DNA of 56,868 nucleotides. It comes from an uncultured bacterium. GTDB lineage: Bacteria > UBP4 > UBA4092. Below the pieces are notes generated by a model. That model was not told the DNA's origin. It saw only the letters and a program-made list of their open reading frames with translations, and did not search any database. Both the position numbers and the translations under genes were made by a program. Below, piece after piece: positions 37,029-46,912 of the stretch. The stretch is from contig CAZXWN010000001.1 in assembly GCA_964644695.1 (NCBI GenBank), positions 62,001-118,868 of the forward strand, given 5' to 3'. Positions within the stretch are counted from its first letter, which is position 1. Each line of letters starts with the position of its first letter.

Positions 37029-37060
37029 AAAAAACCGGTTTTTGACGACCGGCTTTTTTT
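37027..37060. terminator. Bidirectional terminator between convergent genes
   Basis: A8-CCGGTT...GACCGG-C-T7. Confidence 0.75.
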
Positions 37061-37076
37061 ATTGCTTGGTTTAAAT

Positions 37077-38564
37077 TTAGGATTGATTGGGTTTCTCTGA
37101 GGTTCGTGTACCCTGGAAGTCAAACAAGTGACCAAACAGGGCGCGGGCACTCCGATACAGATAGGCAATATCATCAACAGATTTAATATCTCGGAGTACT
37201 TTTAACATAAATTTCGGATGTAATACTCCTGAATAAATTCCACGAGCCATCTTCATTACTTCATCGGGTGTCATATCTGAGACTTTCAATACGGGTTCTG
37301 TCATACCATATCGTTCCCATTCACCCGGTGGAACTGTCAGCCAGTTATTTTCTACAGCCTGGTCATATAAAGGTGTTCCAGGATATGGAATGACGACGGT
37401 TCCCTGTAAGGTATCGGCCAGTCCTTCACGCATTAAGTATTTTGCAAGATTAACGGTGTTCAAGGCATCCTGCTTGGTTTCCCAGGGATATCCGACCATG
37501 ATAGTTAAGTGAACATCCAGACCGGCCTGTTTGGCAATACGGCATTTTTCAGCAACCAGGCTGATTTCACTTTTCTTCTTTAAACGATTTACTGTTTCCT
37601 GGTTAGCAGATTCCAACCCCATCTTCATCCACCGGAAACCAGCAGACTTCATCATCTTGGCCAGTTTCGGATTGAAATAATCAAAACGGAAGTTGATGTC
37701 AAAATAAATCTTTTTGTTGTATCCCCGTTCAATCATACCTTCACAAAATTCCTGCATGTAGCCACCGATAGGAAATGTTCCGGTATCATCGAAGATTTCA
37801 CGGACACCATACCGTTCAATCAGCATTCCTATTTCATCTAAAAGGTTTTTAGCAGAACGGACTTTGAATCGGGGCGCAATCGTCGTCCAGGAACAAAAAG
37901 TACATTTTCCATAAGGACAATCCCGTCCTGCCAGGGTGTACATAAAGGGGGTTCGCTTGTAAAGAAATTCACCATAGTTCCACCACTTGGTTAAATCACG
38001 GTCGATCCATGGCAAATCATCCAGTTTGTCTGCTAAATCAAACTTTCCGGTACTCTGTACAATACCTGTGTTATCTCTGAGATAAATACCCGCTTTCAGT
38101 TCAGCACCATCTCGAAGATGCTTGGCGATGGATAACCCTAAAAAGTCATAATCTCCGCCGGTAATAATATAATCAACAACGGAATTTTTCATAGACTCGA
38201 CCGGAAACGCTGTGACATGGTCTCCGTACAGAGCAAACTTACAATTAGGATAACGGTCTTTCATTTGACCGATGATTTTCCAATACTGTTTAACGGTTGG
38301 AGTTTTCGTTTCAATCAAACAAAGGTCGGGCTGGAATTTATCCATAACCTTTAGGTATTGGTCCCATTTCAATTCTTCCGCAAACGCATCACACCACAGA
38401 GTATCAAAACCATCCTGTTTTAATATGGTCGCTAATGATGCAGGGATCATGGGATATATATATGAGGGATTATGGAACCACTGAAATTGTCGGTTTTGTC
38501 CCAAGGTGGCCTGTGAGATTCCATCGGGGGCTACCAGGGGAGGATATGTGACTGCTACTCTCAT
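37077..38564 (-). CDS. B12-binding-domain radical SAM protein
   Basis: N-terminal cobalamin-binding-like domain, CPYGKCTFC, FDD, GLES, PYPGTPLY. Confidence 0.88.
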   Translation of the reverse strand: MRVAVTYPPLVAPDGISQATLGQNRQFQWFHNPSYIYPMIPASLATILKQDGFDTLWCDAFAEELKWDQYLKVMDKFQPDLCLIETKTPTVKQYWKIIGQMKDRYPNCKFALYGDHVTAFPVESMKNSVVDYIITGGDYDFLGLSIAKHLRDGAELKAGIYLRDNTGIVQSTGKFDLADKLDDLPWIDRDLTKWWNYGEFLYKRTPFMYTLAGRDCPYGKCTFCSWTTIAPRFKVRSAKNLLDEIGMLIERYGVREIFDDTGTFPIGGYMQEFCEGMIERGYNKKIYFDINFRFDYFNPKLAKMMKSAGFRWMKMGLESANQETVNRLKKKSEISLVAEKCRIAKQAGLDVHLTIMVGYPWETKQDALNTVNLAKYLMREGLADTLQGTVVIPYPGTPLYDQAVENNWLTVPPGEWERYGMTEPVLKVSDMTPDEVMKMARGIYSGVLHPKFMLKVLRDIKSVDDIAYLYRSARALFGHLFDFQGTRTSEKPNQS

Positions 38565-38741
38565 CTTCCTTTACTCCTTCATCCATTCTGGATGTTCTTC
38601 CTTTATCTCAATCTATGTAATCCTGGAATAATTGTCAAGTAAATTTGTCAACTATTAAGGATATTCCGAGATGAGTAATATCAGAACAATCAGGAAATAT
38701 TTATGATGATAATCATACACCGAAGAGGGAAAAGAAAGAAA

Positions 38742-38816
38742 TGGAGCGGGAGACGAGATTTGAACTCGCAACAGCCACCTTGGAAGGGTGGAGTTCTACC
38801 ATTGAACTACTCCCGC
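38742..38816 (-). tRNA. tRNA-Gly (TCC)
   Basis: Minus strand GCGGGAG...CCACC-CTTCCAA-GGTGG...TTCAAAT...CTCCCGC-T-CCA. Confidence 0.97.
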
Positions 38817-38938
38817 TCAACACTTTAGAGGAAAATTCGTTCAAGTCTGTATAAAAATGGTACGGTATCGGGGTTATTCCTGTCAAGAGAATGACACTTG
38901 AAAAATCAAAAAGTTGAATAATATCAAACGAAGAAGAT

Positions 38939-38964
38939 ACGGAGTGGGTGCGAGCAGCTCCGTG
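38939..38964. repeat. REP-like palindrome, copy 3, inverted
   Basis: Reverse complement CACGGAGCTGCTCGCACCCACTCCGT matches copy 2 at 22/26 by manual alignment. Confidence 0.7.
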
Positions 38965-39110
38965 AATGATTTGTTTAAGTTGCTGATAATCAGAAGGTGG
39001 TCTCTGGGAGTATTCCCTGTTAAAATGGTTCGGGATATGAAGTTTAGATATACCGGAATCTGAGAAAGGTCAAACTTCAAAAGTATTTGAAGGATATATA
39101 TATAACTCTA

Positions 39111-40028
39111 ATGTTAACAGTAAAAGACATTATGGTGATAAGTCGTCTTCCTCGGTTTGGACGGGAGACGGTTTTCCAATGTGTTCAACACACCCTTCAG
39201 AGTGATTATCATTCTTCCGATGCCAGTGATTTGATGGAGTACCTGAAGGAGATAAAACAGTCTTTGGATTTTCGGTTACCGACTTTCTCAGAACTGGAAC
39301 TTGCCTGGAAAGAAAATAATCGGACTTTGGAAATAATGGAAAAAATCGAAGTTAAGCCGGTTAGTTTTTCTGAGAGTTTGTATCCTCAGTCCTTATTTGA
39401 TTTGGAAGATTATCCTCTCGTGCTTTTTTATCAAGGTAATATGGGTACTTTACATCAATTAAATGGCATTGGAGTTGTTGGTACCAGAATACCCAGCCCG
39501 GAAGGGATAAAATTGGCTGCAATTACGGGCAGTTATCTGGCCAGAAGGGGGTATTCTGTTATCAGTGGTTTGGCGGCGGGATGTGATTCCCTGGCACACC
39601 GCGGTTGCCTGGATGAAGGAGGGTATACCGTAGCCTGTCTTCCTTTTGGTCATGACCAACTTTTACAGGGAAGTGGAAAATATCTGGGTCGGGAAATTGT
39701 TGAACAAGGTGGTTTACTTTTATCGGAATATTCCCCGGGGGGTGAGGTTCATAAAAGACAGTTTATTGAAAGAAACCGGCTTATCAGTGGCCTCTCTCGT
39801 AAAATCATTGTTATTGAAACTGGAAAAACCGGGGGGACTCTTCATACGGTCCGTTTTGCCCACCAACAGGGAAAACCTGTTGGGTGCTGGCATCCTGTTG
39901 ATGCAATGGAAAAGAATATATTTCTACCGGGCAATAGAGATCTTGTAAAAAATCCCCGAAATATTCCTATCCAATCTATTACTGATTTAGATAGATTTAT
40001 TTTCCCATCGGACCATCATCACCATTAA
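39111..40028 (+). CDS. dprA: DprA/Smf-family DNA-processing protein
   Basis: VVGTR, SGLAAGCDSLAH, LLSEY, FIERNRLISGLS, GGTLHT. Confidence 0.88.
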   Translation: MLTVKDIMVISRLPRFGRETVFQCVQHTLQSDYHSSDASDLMEYLKEIKQSLDFRLPTFSELELAWKENNRTLEIMEKIEVKPVSFSESLYPQSLFDLEDYPLVLFYQGNMGTLHQLNGIGVVGTRIPSPEGIKLAAITGSYLARRGYSVISGLAAGCDSLAHRGCLDEGGYTVACLPFGHDQLLQGSGKYLGREIVEQGGLLLSEYSPGGEVHKRQFIERNRLISGLSRKIIVIETGKTGGTLHTVRFAHQQGKPVGCWHPVDAMEKNIFLPGNRDLVKNPRNIPIQSITDLDRFIFPSDHHHH

Positions 40029-40031
40029 TAC

Positions 40032-42491
40032 TTATTCCTTCATATTAAGTTGGACTTGAATAGGGGTATTCTCTATGACGGGGGTCTCCTGTATTATCTT
40101 CCCATTCAATGAAACCCGGGCGATGATAGATTTTCCTTTTTTGATGATTTCTATATCAAAGTTTTTACCAAAAGCTCTGATATGTTTCAGACTCATATGA
40201 TTCCAGTCTTGGGGAAGTCTGGGTGTCATTTCAAAGGAATGTAAGCCGGTGGGTCGTATCCCAAACAATCCTTCGGTGATGACTCTGCAATAAAGGGCGC
40301 TTTCTGCAGATAGATGCCGTTGATTTCCTTCGGGCCAGGCCTCTACCGGGTAGGGAACATGGTCTCCTAATAATCGTCTGTTTGAGTAGGACTGAAAATA
40401 GGGAAGAGCTTTTTGGATATCTCCAGCCGCAAACACTCCTCTGAACCCATATAAGGTAGAACGGTCCCAGAAAGTTTCTTTTCCAGCTTCTGTTGCCAGT
40501 CCATCCTGTGTCCATAATTTGGGTGAGAACAGGGCGTTGATAGTTCCTTCTTTTCGTTCATAAATTCCCATGGTCAATGGGATACAAATCCATGCTCGTA
40601 AAGTCGTGTTTCCCTCGTAATATCGATAGGTATCAAAACCAGAAATATTTGTTCCAAAGTGTTTGTTCAAAGCACCTTTTAAATTGTCGGCACGTTGTTG
40701 CAGTTCTTGAATGGTTGAATTGTCCACACCTAAGTCTTTGCCTAATGCAATGGAAGAAATGAGAGCATCATAAGTGAGTGAGGAGGTGCATAGATTGGCA
40801 TCTCCAGCTGGGAATCTTCCTTCCAGTTCATCTTTGTCTGATGCAATGACACCCTGTTTTGTTGTCTTTCGATGGCAATACTCCAGGCACCACATGATTC
40901 GTGGCCATAATTCCTGAGCTGTTGTTTCATCCCCTAATGCCAGCGCATAGCGTGCGGCGCCATAAGCGACCATTGCCGCATCGCCGCGATCTCCGGCTCC
41001 ATTCCAAATGTCTTTGCCCTCTGCAATGATAGAGCTTGGTATAGGTTTGTAATCTTCTTTCATGAAACGAGCGAAATGCCGGAAAGAATTTAATGCTGAA
41101 TCGTTACCTGCCGCATCTCCTAAATAAGGGAAAAAAGGATTTGCATACTCAGCCTGATCGTTTGCCCAGATTGCTGCATAATATGCTCCCCCTCCGGGGC
41201 CATGCATTAATCCTCCCTGAGTTTTGAAAATGCTCTCCGCCGTCCGTATTTTCGCGAAAGCAAACTCCTTGGACAGTACGGGGTCTGGACATTCAAACTG
41301 CAGATTATCGTAAAGAGTCTGGACATAAGAACGCCGTAAATTTTCTTCTTTCATCGGGTCCAATTCATTAAGTGTTTCGTCTTTTTTTTGTCCTGAAAAA
41401 CAAAGGCTAAACTTGCAGGTTTCTCCGGGTTTAAGTTGATAACTGCCATCTCCAATTACTCTGCTGATTAAGGTATAAGAACCGTCAACGCCTTTTTCAG
41501 CCGGGGTATGAATTTCTTTTTTATAGGGAGGAATAACAACTTGAATATCTTTTTTCTGTGTATTTTTCAAGGTGTAATTTTCACAGATGACAGGCTCGTA
41601 CCGAGAGGGAAATATGACTTGTTGTAACTCAATCCCTTGATGTGTTTTAGTATGAATAGTGACCAATCCATTCAAATCAACCCTGGTAGGTTTGAGGTCT
41701 TTCAGCTCTTGGCTGTTTATCTGGATTTTCGGAAAATAATCTTCATTGAAATCAAAAGAAAGGCTTGCATGTGTATTATTGGGGATGGTTCGGAGCATCG
41801 GCCAAACAATATGCCGTTTTAGTATTGATTCACCTGACGGTCCCACTCCATACCTTAAAATAACTGAAACTTTCTGACCGCTCATTTCAATATGGTCTTC
41901 ATGGGGAAGTAAGGAATCTTTTAGAATGTCCCAGGTAATACCTTCATGATTATTTAGTTTCCATCGTGTATTATTTGTCATCGGTTCCGGTACCTTTCCT
42001 TTGTAAATGAATCGGGCATCACCCCAGTCAGCATGATCACAATTATTTCCATCCCCACCATCAAGTACCTGCAGTTGTAATTGGGTGATATTTTTCAGTC
42101 TTACTTTACATTCTTTGAATTGACCATATTTGATAATTCCACTATCCCATAATAGTCGGTTGTTGCCAGTCAGTAGATATCGAACAGATCCCCCTGAACA
42201 AGTTTCATCATCAACCCCGACAGTAGCCATAAACCACTCAATCTTGCCATCCAATGAAAGGTTCATTTTGCTGGGTGCATGAGTGCCAACCCCTTTTGAG
42301 TATGATTTCCCGGCGATACTTATAGGATTGCCCTCGACGGATTGATTGATTCTCGGAGATTTATATCCGGATGTCATGGATTTTAGATTTATTTCGTGGA
42401 GATATATAGTTTTAGGTGGGGACGCAAATGAAATACCAACCAGAAGAAGAATCAATAAAGATGAAATAATTCTGAGATGCTTTAGAAACAT
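40032..42491 (-). CDS. Secreted NPCBM/NEW2-domain six-hairpin glycosidase-like protein
   Basis: Signal peptide; NPCBM motifs GVGTHA, VGVDD, DHADW; YYAAIWANDQAEY, DELEGR, EGLFGI. Confidence 0.82.
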   Translation of the reverse strand: MFLKHLRIISSLLILLLVGISFASPPKTIYLHEINLKSMTSGYKSPRINQSVEGNPISIAGKSYSKGVGTHAPSKMNLSLDGKIEWFMATVGVDDETCSGGSVRYLLTGNNRLLWDSGIIKYGQFKECKVRLKNITQLQLQVLDGGDGNNCDHADWGDARFIYKGKVPEPMTNNTRWKLNNHEGITWDILKDSLLPHEDHIEMSGQKVSVILRYGVGPSGESILKRHIVWPMLRTIPNNTHASLSFDFNEDYFPKIQINSQELKDLKPTRVDLNGLVTIHTKTHQGIELQQVIFPSRYEPVICENYTLKNTQKKDIQVVIPPYKKEIHTPAEKGVDGSYTLISRVIGDGSYQLKPGETCKFSLCFSGQKKDETLNELDPMKEENLRRSYVQTLYDNLQFECPDPVLSKEFAFAKIRTAESIFKTQGGLMHGPGGGAYYAAIWANDQAEYANPFFPYLGDAAGNDSALNSFRHFARFMKEDYKPIPSSIIAEGKDIWNGAGDRGDAAMVAYGAARYALALGDETTAQELWPRIMWCLEYCHRKTTKQGVIASDKDELEGRFPAGDANLCTSSLTYDALISSIALGKDLGVDNSTIQELQQRADNLKGALNKHFGTNISGFDTYRYYEGNTTLRAWICIPLTMGIYERKEGTINALFSPKLWTQDGLATEAGKETFWDRSTLYGFRGVFAAGDIQKALPYFQSYSNRRLLGDHVPYPVEAWPEGNQRHLSAESALYCRVITEGLFGIRPTGLHSFEMTPRLPQDWNHMSLKHIRAFGKNFDIEIIKKGKSIIARVSLNGKIIQETPVIENTPIQVQLNMKE

Positions 42492-42542
42492 ATAAAGTCC
42501 TATATTCCAACATTAAATAACTGCATATATTATATTAAAAAG

Positions 42543-42570
42543 AAAAAGCCGGAGGATAACTCCGGCTTTT
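42543..42570 (-). terminator. Intrinsic terminator after the aldo/keto reductase
   Basis: AAAAAGCCGGAG-GATAA-CTCCGGCTTTT. Confidence 0.88.
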
Positions 42571-42585
42571 ATTGTAAATCTATTC

Positions 42586-43728
42586 CTACTTGTCTAAGGC
42601 TTCTCTTACTGTCTCCAGAAGTGTTGGAATTTCTAATCTCTGGGGGCATAGTTGTTCACAGGCATGACAATAGACACAAGCATCAACGCCTTTGCCCCTT
42701 TTCTTCAACCCGGCATATCGTTTTTGCTGCTCTTCCCAGTTTCCAAACATTGAGGCTTCATTGAGTGCTTCAAACAGGGTGTTAATTTCAACACCTTCCG
42801 GGCAAGGCATACAATAACGACAGGAAGTACACTGTACTTTGATGGCTTCAGAATAAGTGTCTCTGGCTTTTTCAATCAATGATAATTCTCCGATTGACAG
42901 CATGCCTGACTGAGCAACATCTGCATAGTGCAGATTTGATTCCAATTGTTCAGGGGTACTCATTCCACTTAAGACAACTGAAATATCAGATTGATTCCAT
43001 AACCAGCTTAATGCCCATTCGACAGGATCTCGTGACACTGGTGCATTTTCCCATATGTTTTTCACATTAGGAGTAGGGGAGGCCAGTTTTCCTCCTCGAA
43101 GCGGTTCCATAATGACTACACCCAGTCCTTTTTCTGCGGCATATTGAATGCCTTTGATGCCTGCCTGATTATTCTCATCCAGATAACTGGAAATAACCTG
43201 GCAAAATTCCCAATCTGGATAAGCATCAACTATTTCCTTGAATACGTCAAAAGAATCATGAAAAGAGAATCCAAGGTGTTTAATCTTGCCATCGGCTAAT
43301 TGTCTCTCCGCCCAATCAAGGGCTTTAAAATCTTTCATTTTTTTCCAATTATCGCGACTTAGAGCATGAAGCAAATATAAATCAACACAGGGCATATCCA
43401 GTCGTTCTAATTGAGTGTTTAATACCCGGTCCATGTCAGCAGGTTCTTTCAATTCCCAGGGGGGGAGTTTGGTTGCAACTTTAACTTTCTCTCTGTATGG
43501 GCTTTTCAGAGCTTTTCCAACCAATGATTCACTATGACCTGAATGATAAATAAATGCTGTATCAATATAGTTAATGCCAGCATCTATTCCTTTATGTATC
43601 ATCTCAATTGCCAGAGGTTCATTGATTTGAGCCGGGTCGTTATTGAATACCGGGAGCCTCATAGTGCCAAAACCAAGCACTGAACATTGCCAGTCAATCT
43701 TTTTTCCAAAGGGTCGATATTGCATCAT
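42586..43728 (-). CDS. Aldo/keto reductase with C-terminal 4Fe-4S dicluster
   Basis: LGFGTMRLP, YIDTA, MEPLRGG, CTSCRYCMPCP, CVYCHACEQLCP. Confidence 0.93.
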   Translation of the reverse strand: MMQYRPFGKKIDWQCSVLGFGTMRLPVFNNDPAQINEPLAIEMIHKGIDAGINYIDTAFIYHSGHSESLVGKALKSPYREKVKVATKLPPWELKEPADMDRVLNTQLERLDMPCVDLYLLHALSRDNWKKMKDFKALDWAERQLADGKIKHLGFSFHDSFDVFKEIVDAYPDWEFCQVISSYLDENNQAGIKGIQYAAEKGLGVVIMEPLRGGKLASPTPNVKNIWENAPVSRDPVEWALSWLWNQSDISVVLSGMSTPEQLESNLHYADVAQSGMLSIGELSLIEKARDTYSEAIKVQCTSCRYCMPCPEGVEINTLFEALNEASMFGNWEEQQKRYAGLKKRGKGVDACVYCHACEQLCPQRLEIPTLLETVREALDK

Positions 43729-43854
43729 CTTATCTCCTGAATGAGTCTGTTTCTTGACTATATCATTAACTTGATTGCTGTCAAAATGTTGAATAGTCGG
43801 GTTCTTTCCTTATGGTAGAATAGCCCAATACTACACATTGGTAAGGAGTATTTT

Positions 43855-44589
43855 GTGATAAGAATTGACGGTCGCCGTGAAGATCAACTCCGGCCTGTAA
43901 AAATACATCGACATTACTTGAAACATGCGGAAGGCTCAGTACTGATTGAACTGGGTGATACAAAAGTTATTTGTTCGGCATCCTTTGAAGACAGAGTCCC
44001 CCCTCATCTGGTAAACACTAATACCGGATGGATTACAGCCGAATATGGTATGCTTCCCAAGTCCGCTCAACAACGGATTCAGCGAGATTCCAGTCGAGGC
44101 AAAATTAATGGCCGTACTCATGAAATTCAAAGGCTGATTGGTCGGTCTCTTCGGACAGTCACAGATTTAACAAAAATTGGTCAACGTACTATTTGGATAG
44201 ATTGCGATGTTATACAAGCTGATGGTGGTACACGAACTGCGGCTATCACTGGCGCATTTGTGGCTTTAGTGGATGCAGTCGCAGCCATGATGGTGGATGG
44301 AAAGATTGCAACTAATCCAATATCTGATTTTGTTGCAGCAACTTCTGTAGGTATCCTTAAAGGTGTCCCTGTCCTTGATTTGAAATATGAAGAAGATTCG
44401 ACAGCCGATGTGGATATGAACCTTGTTATGACATCTTCCGGTAAATTTATTGAAGTTCAGGGGACCGGAGAACGAATTCCTTTCAGTAAGGCAGATATGG
44501 ATCAATTACTGAATCTGGGAATGGCCGGAATACTTGAGTTGATTGAATTACAGAAAGCTGTTTTAGATATACAGGGTTTTGCTGGATGA
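43855..44589 (+). CDS. rph: Ribonuclease PH
   Basis: [35 protein letters not shown] start with AAGGAG. Confidence 0.97.
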   Translation: MIRIDGRREDQLRPVKIHRHYLKHAEGSVLIELGDTKVICSASFEDRVPPHLVNTNTGWITAEYGMLPKSAQQRIQRDSSRGKINGRTHEIQRLIGRSLRTVTDLTKIGQRTIWIDCDVIQADGGTRTAAITGAFVALVDAVAAMMVDGKIATNPISDFVAATSVGILKGVPVLDLKYEEDSTADVDMNLVMTSSGKFIEVQGTGERIPFSKADMDQLLNLGMAGILELIELQKAVLDIQGFAG

Positions 44590-45191
44590 GTTCCTTACCT
44601 AAACTGGTTCTAGCCTCTGGGAATCGGCATAAAATCATGGAATTGAAGGAATTACTTCAAGGAATTCCTTTTGATTTAGTGGGATTAGATGTTTTCCCCA
44701 ATGTGATTCCTGCTGAAGAAAATGGAAAGACTTTCGTTGAAAATGCAATTATAAAAGCGCGTGCTGTCATGGAACAGACAGGGTATTGGGCTTTTGCAGA
44801 TGATTCCGGGTTGGTTATTGATGCCTTGGGCGGCAATCCAGGTATTTATTCGGCTCGGTATGCAGACACAGATTCTGCCTGCATTGATCGAGTCTTGTTG
44901 GAAATGGAACAAGTTCCTGATGACCAGCGGACAGCTCGGTTTGTTTGTTGCATTGCCATTGTTTCTCCTACCGGCGAATGTTGGGTAGATGAAGGTAAAG
45001 CTGAAGGTTTTATTCTAAGAGAAAGACATGGCATGGCAGGATTTGGGTATGACCCGATATTTTACTATCCAGAACTGAAACAAACTTTTGCTGAAGTGTC
45101 CCCGGACATTAAGAATTCTGTAAGCCATCGTGCCAGGGCTGTTGAATTAGCAAAACAAAGATTATTTGATTTAGGTCATAAAAGTATCTAA
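44586..45191 (+). CDS. rdgB: Non-canonical purine NTP pyrophosphatase (RdgB/HAM1)
   Basis: [24 protein letters not shown]; follows rph. Confidence 0.96.
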   Translation: MSSLPKLVLASGNRHKIMELKELLQGIPFDLVGLDVFPNVIPAEENGKTFVENAIIKARAVMEQTGYWAFADDSGLVIDALGGNPGIYSARYADTDSACIDRVLLEMEQVPDDQRTARFVCCIAIVSPTGECWVDEGKAEGFILRERHGMAGFGYDPIFYYPELKQTFAEVSPDIKNSVSHRARAVELAKQRLFDLGHKSI

Positions 45192-45234
45192 TTATCCGCT
45201 AAAATGGTAGTAGTAAATCGGGAGGTGATAAGTA

Positions 45235-45444
45235 ATGGGACTACCACAAGGTTTTGAATGGATTATAGTACTGATATTAGCTCTGATTATTTTTGGACCT
45301 AAAAATTTGCCCAAAATTGGTCGTGCAATTGGACAAAGTATCCGTGGCTTTAAAGATGAGATGAAAGGTATCTCTACCGATGAAGATGAAGATAAATCGG
45401 TGAAAAAAGAATCTGAAAAATCTTCCAATGATGATAAACCCTGA
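45235..45444 (+). CDS. tatA: Tat translocase TatA/E
   Basis: TM segment followed by FGPKNLP and an amphipathic helix; RBS GGAGG. Confidence 0.95.
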   Translation: MGLPQGFEWIIVLILALIIFGPKNLPKIGRAIGQSIRGFKDEMKGISTDEDEDKSVKKESEKSSNDDKP

Positions 45445-46192
45445 TGAAGATGATATTGCGTTGGACGATGGACCTCGTTTAACACTGATTGAGCATCTTG
45501 ATGAATTCCGAACACGGATTATTAAATCCTTAGCATCCTTAGTGTTGGGGATGGTTATTGCTTTTATATTTTCAGCCACTTTATTGGATTGGTTGATTAA
45601 GCCGTGTTTGCCCTTTATTAAAGAAACATATTTTACCTCCCCTCTGCAACCCTTTAATATCAGACTAAAAGTGTCTTTTTTTGCAGGGATCATTCTTGCC
45701 AGCCCTGTTATCCTCTATCAGGTGTGGAGATTTATTAAACCTGCTCTTACATTAAAGGAGCGGCGAGTTATTAGGGGATTGTTTGCTTTTGCATTAATAC
45801 TATTTTTGTCAGGTGTGGCGTTAGCGTATTATTTTATTGTGCCTATTGGCGTGGATGTTTTGCTGCACTATGCAACCCCTTCTATGAAACCACTGATTAG
45901 TACAGCTGAAATGGTGGATTTTGTTGTGTTATTCCTGCTGGCGATGGGAATTGTTTTTGAGGTTCCAATAATTATGATGGGATTGGCTAAAGTAGGATTA
46001 ATAGATTACAGGATGTTAAATCAGAATAGAAAATATGCAGTTTTTGGTGTGGTTGTTATCGCAACAGCCGTCACTCCTGGAAGTGAAGTCCTTACATCAT
46101 TAATACTGGCAGTTCCGCTATATTTCCTGTTTGAATTGTCGGTGGTTATTGTACGTTTCATGGAACGCAGGAAGCCTGCAAATTATGACTAA
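45428..46192 (+). CDS. tatC: Tat translocase TatC
   Basis: HLDEFRTR, YQVWRFIKPAL, FEVP; 6 TM segments. Confidence 0.96.
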   Translation: MMINPDEDDIALDDGPRLTLIEHLDEFRTRIIKSLASLVLGMVIAFIFSATLLDWLIKPCLPFIKETYFTSPLQPFNIRLKVSFFAGIILASPVILYQVWRFIKPALTLKERRVIRGLFAFALILFLSGVALAYYFIVPIGVDVLLHYATPSMKPLISTAEMVDFVVLFLLAMGIVFEVPIIMMGLAKVGLIDYRMLNQNRKYAVFGVVVIATAVTPGSEVLTSLILAVPLYFLFELSVVIVRFMERRKPANYD

Positions 46193-46201
46193 ATGAAATA
46201 A

Positions 46202-46831
46202 TCAGGCAAGACTTTGTTTTAAGATTAGTTCGATTTGATTCCAAACCTGCGCAGGATTCTGACTTGCATCAATTATCTTAATTCGGTCTTTTTCCATCTC
46301 AGCTAATTTAAGGTAACCTTCTCTGACCTTTTGATGAAATATCAACGATTCTGATTCTAATCGGTCCATATTCCCTTTTGATGCAAGATTCTTCCTTTTT
46401 AAACCAATAATAGGATCTAAATCGAAATAGAATGTAATATCTGGTTTTCTTCCACGAGTGGCAATCTGATTCAATTGATTAACCAGTTCAAAACCTAACC
46501 CTCTTGCGTAACCCTGGTATGCCATAGATGAATCAATATGTCTGTCTAGCAAAACAGCTTCACCCTTTGCCAGAGCAGGTTGAATCATTTCTTTTGTGAG
46601 TTGAGCTCGGGCTGCCATATAAAGGAAAACCTCACTAACTATGTCCATCTCAGTATTCTTTTTAGAGAGGACTAATTCCCTGATTACTTCTCCAATGGCA
46701 GTTTCTCCTGGTTCTATGGCGAACAAGACTGGATACCCATGAGACATTAGCCAATTCTTAATATTCACTGCTTGTGTGGATTTTCCGCAGCCTTCGCCGC
46801 CTTCCAAAGTAATTAAAAGTCCTTTTTCCAT
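46202..46831 (-). CDS. tmk: Thymidylate kinase
   Basis: EGGEGCGKSTQ, DR, SSMAYQG. Confidence 0.96.
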   Translation of the reverse strand: MEKGLLITLEGGEGCGKSTQAVNIKNWLMSHGYPVLFAIEPGETAIGEVIRELVLSKKNTEMDIVSEVFLYMAARAQLTKEMIQPALAKGEAVLLDRHIDSSMAYQGYARGLGFELVNQLNQIATRGRKPDITFYFDLDPIIGLKRKNLASKGNMDRLESESLIFHQKVREGYLKLAEMEKDRIKIIDASQNPAQVWNQIELILKQSLA

Positions 46832-46912
46832 CTGATAACTTTAGCAATTTACAATAAAAGTGGTCAAGAGGAGCAAGTCTGATTTTATTGTATTTAAGTT
46901 ATAATGAACACT

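Noticed and set aside
9482-38964. CRISPR array from the ACGGAG...CTCCGT repeats
   Set aside because: The copies are about 14-15 kb apart, with no spacers and no cas genes.
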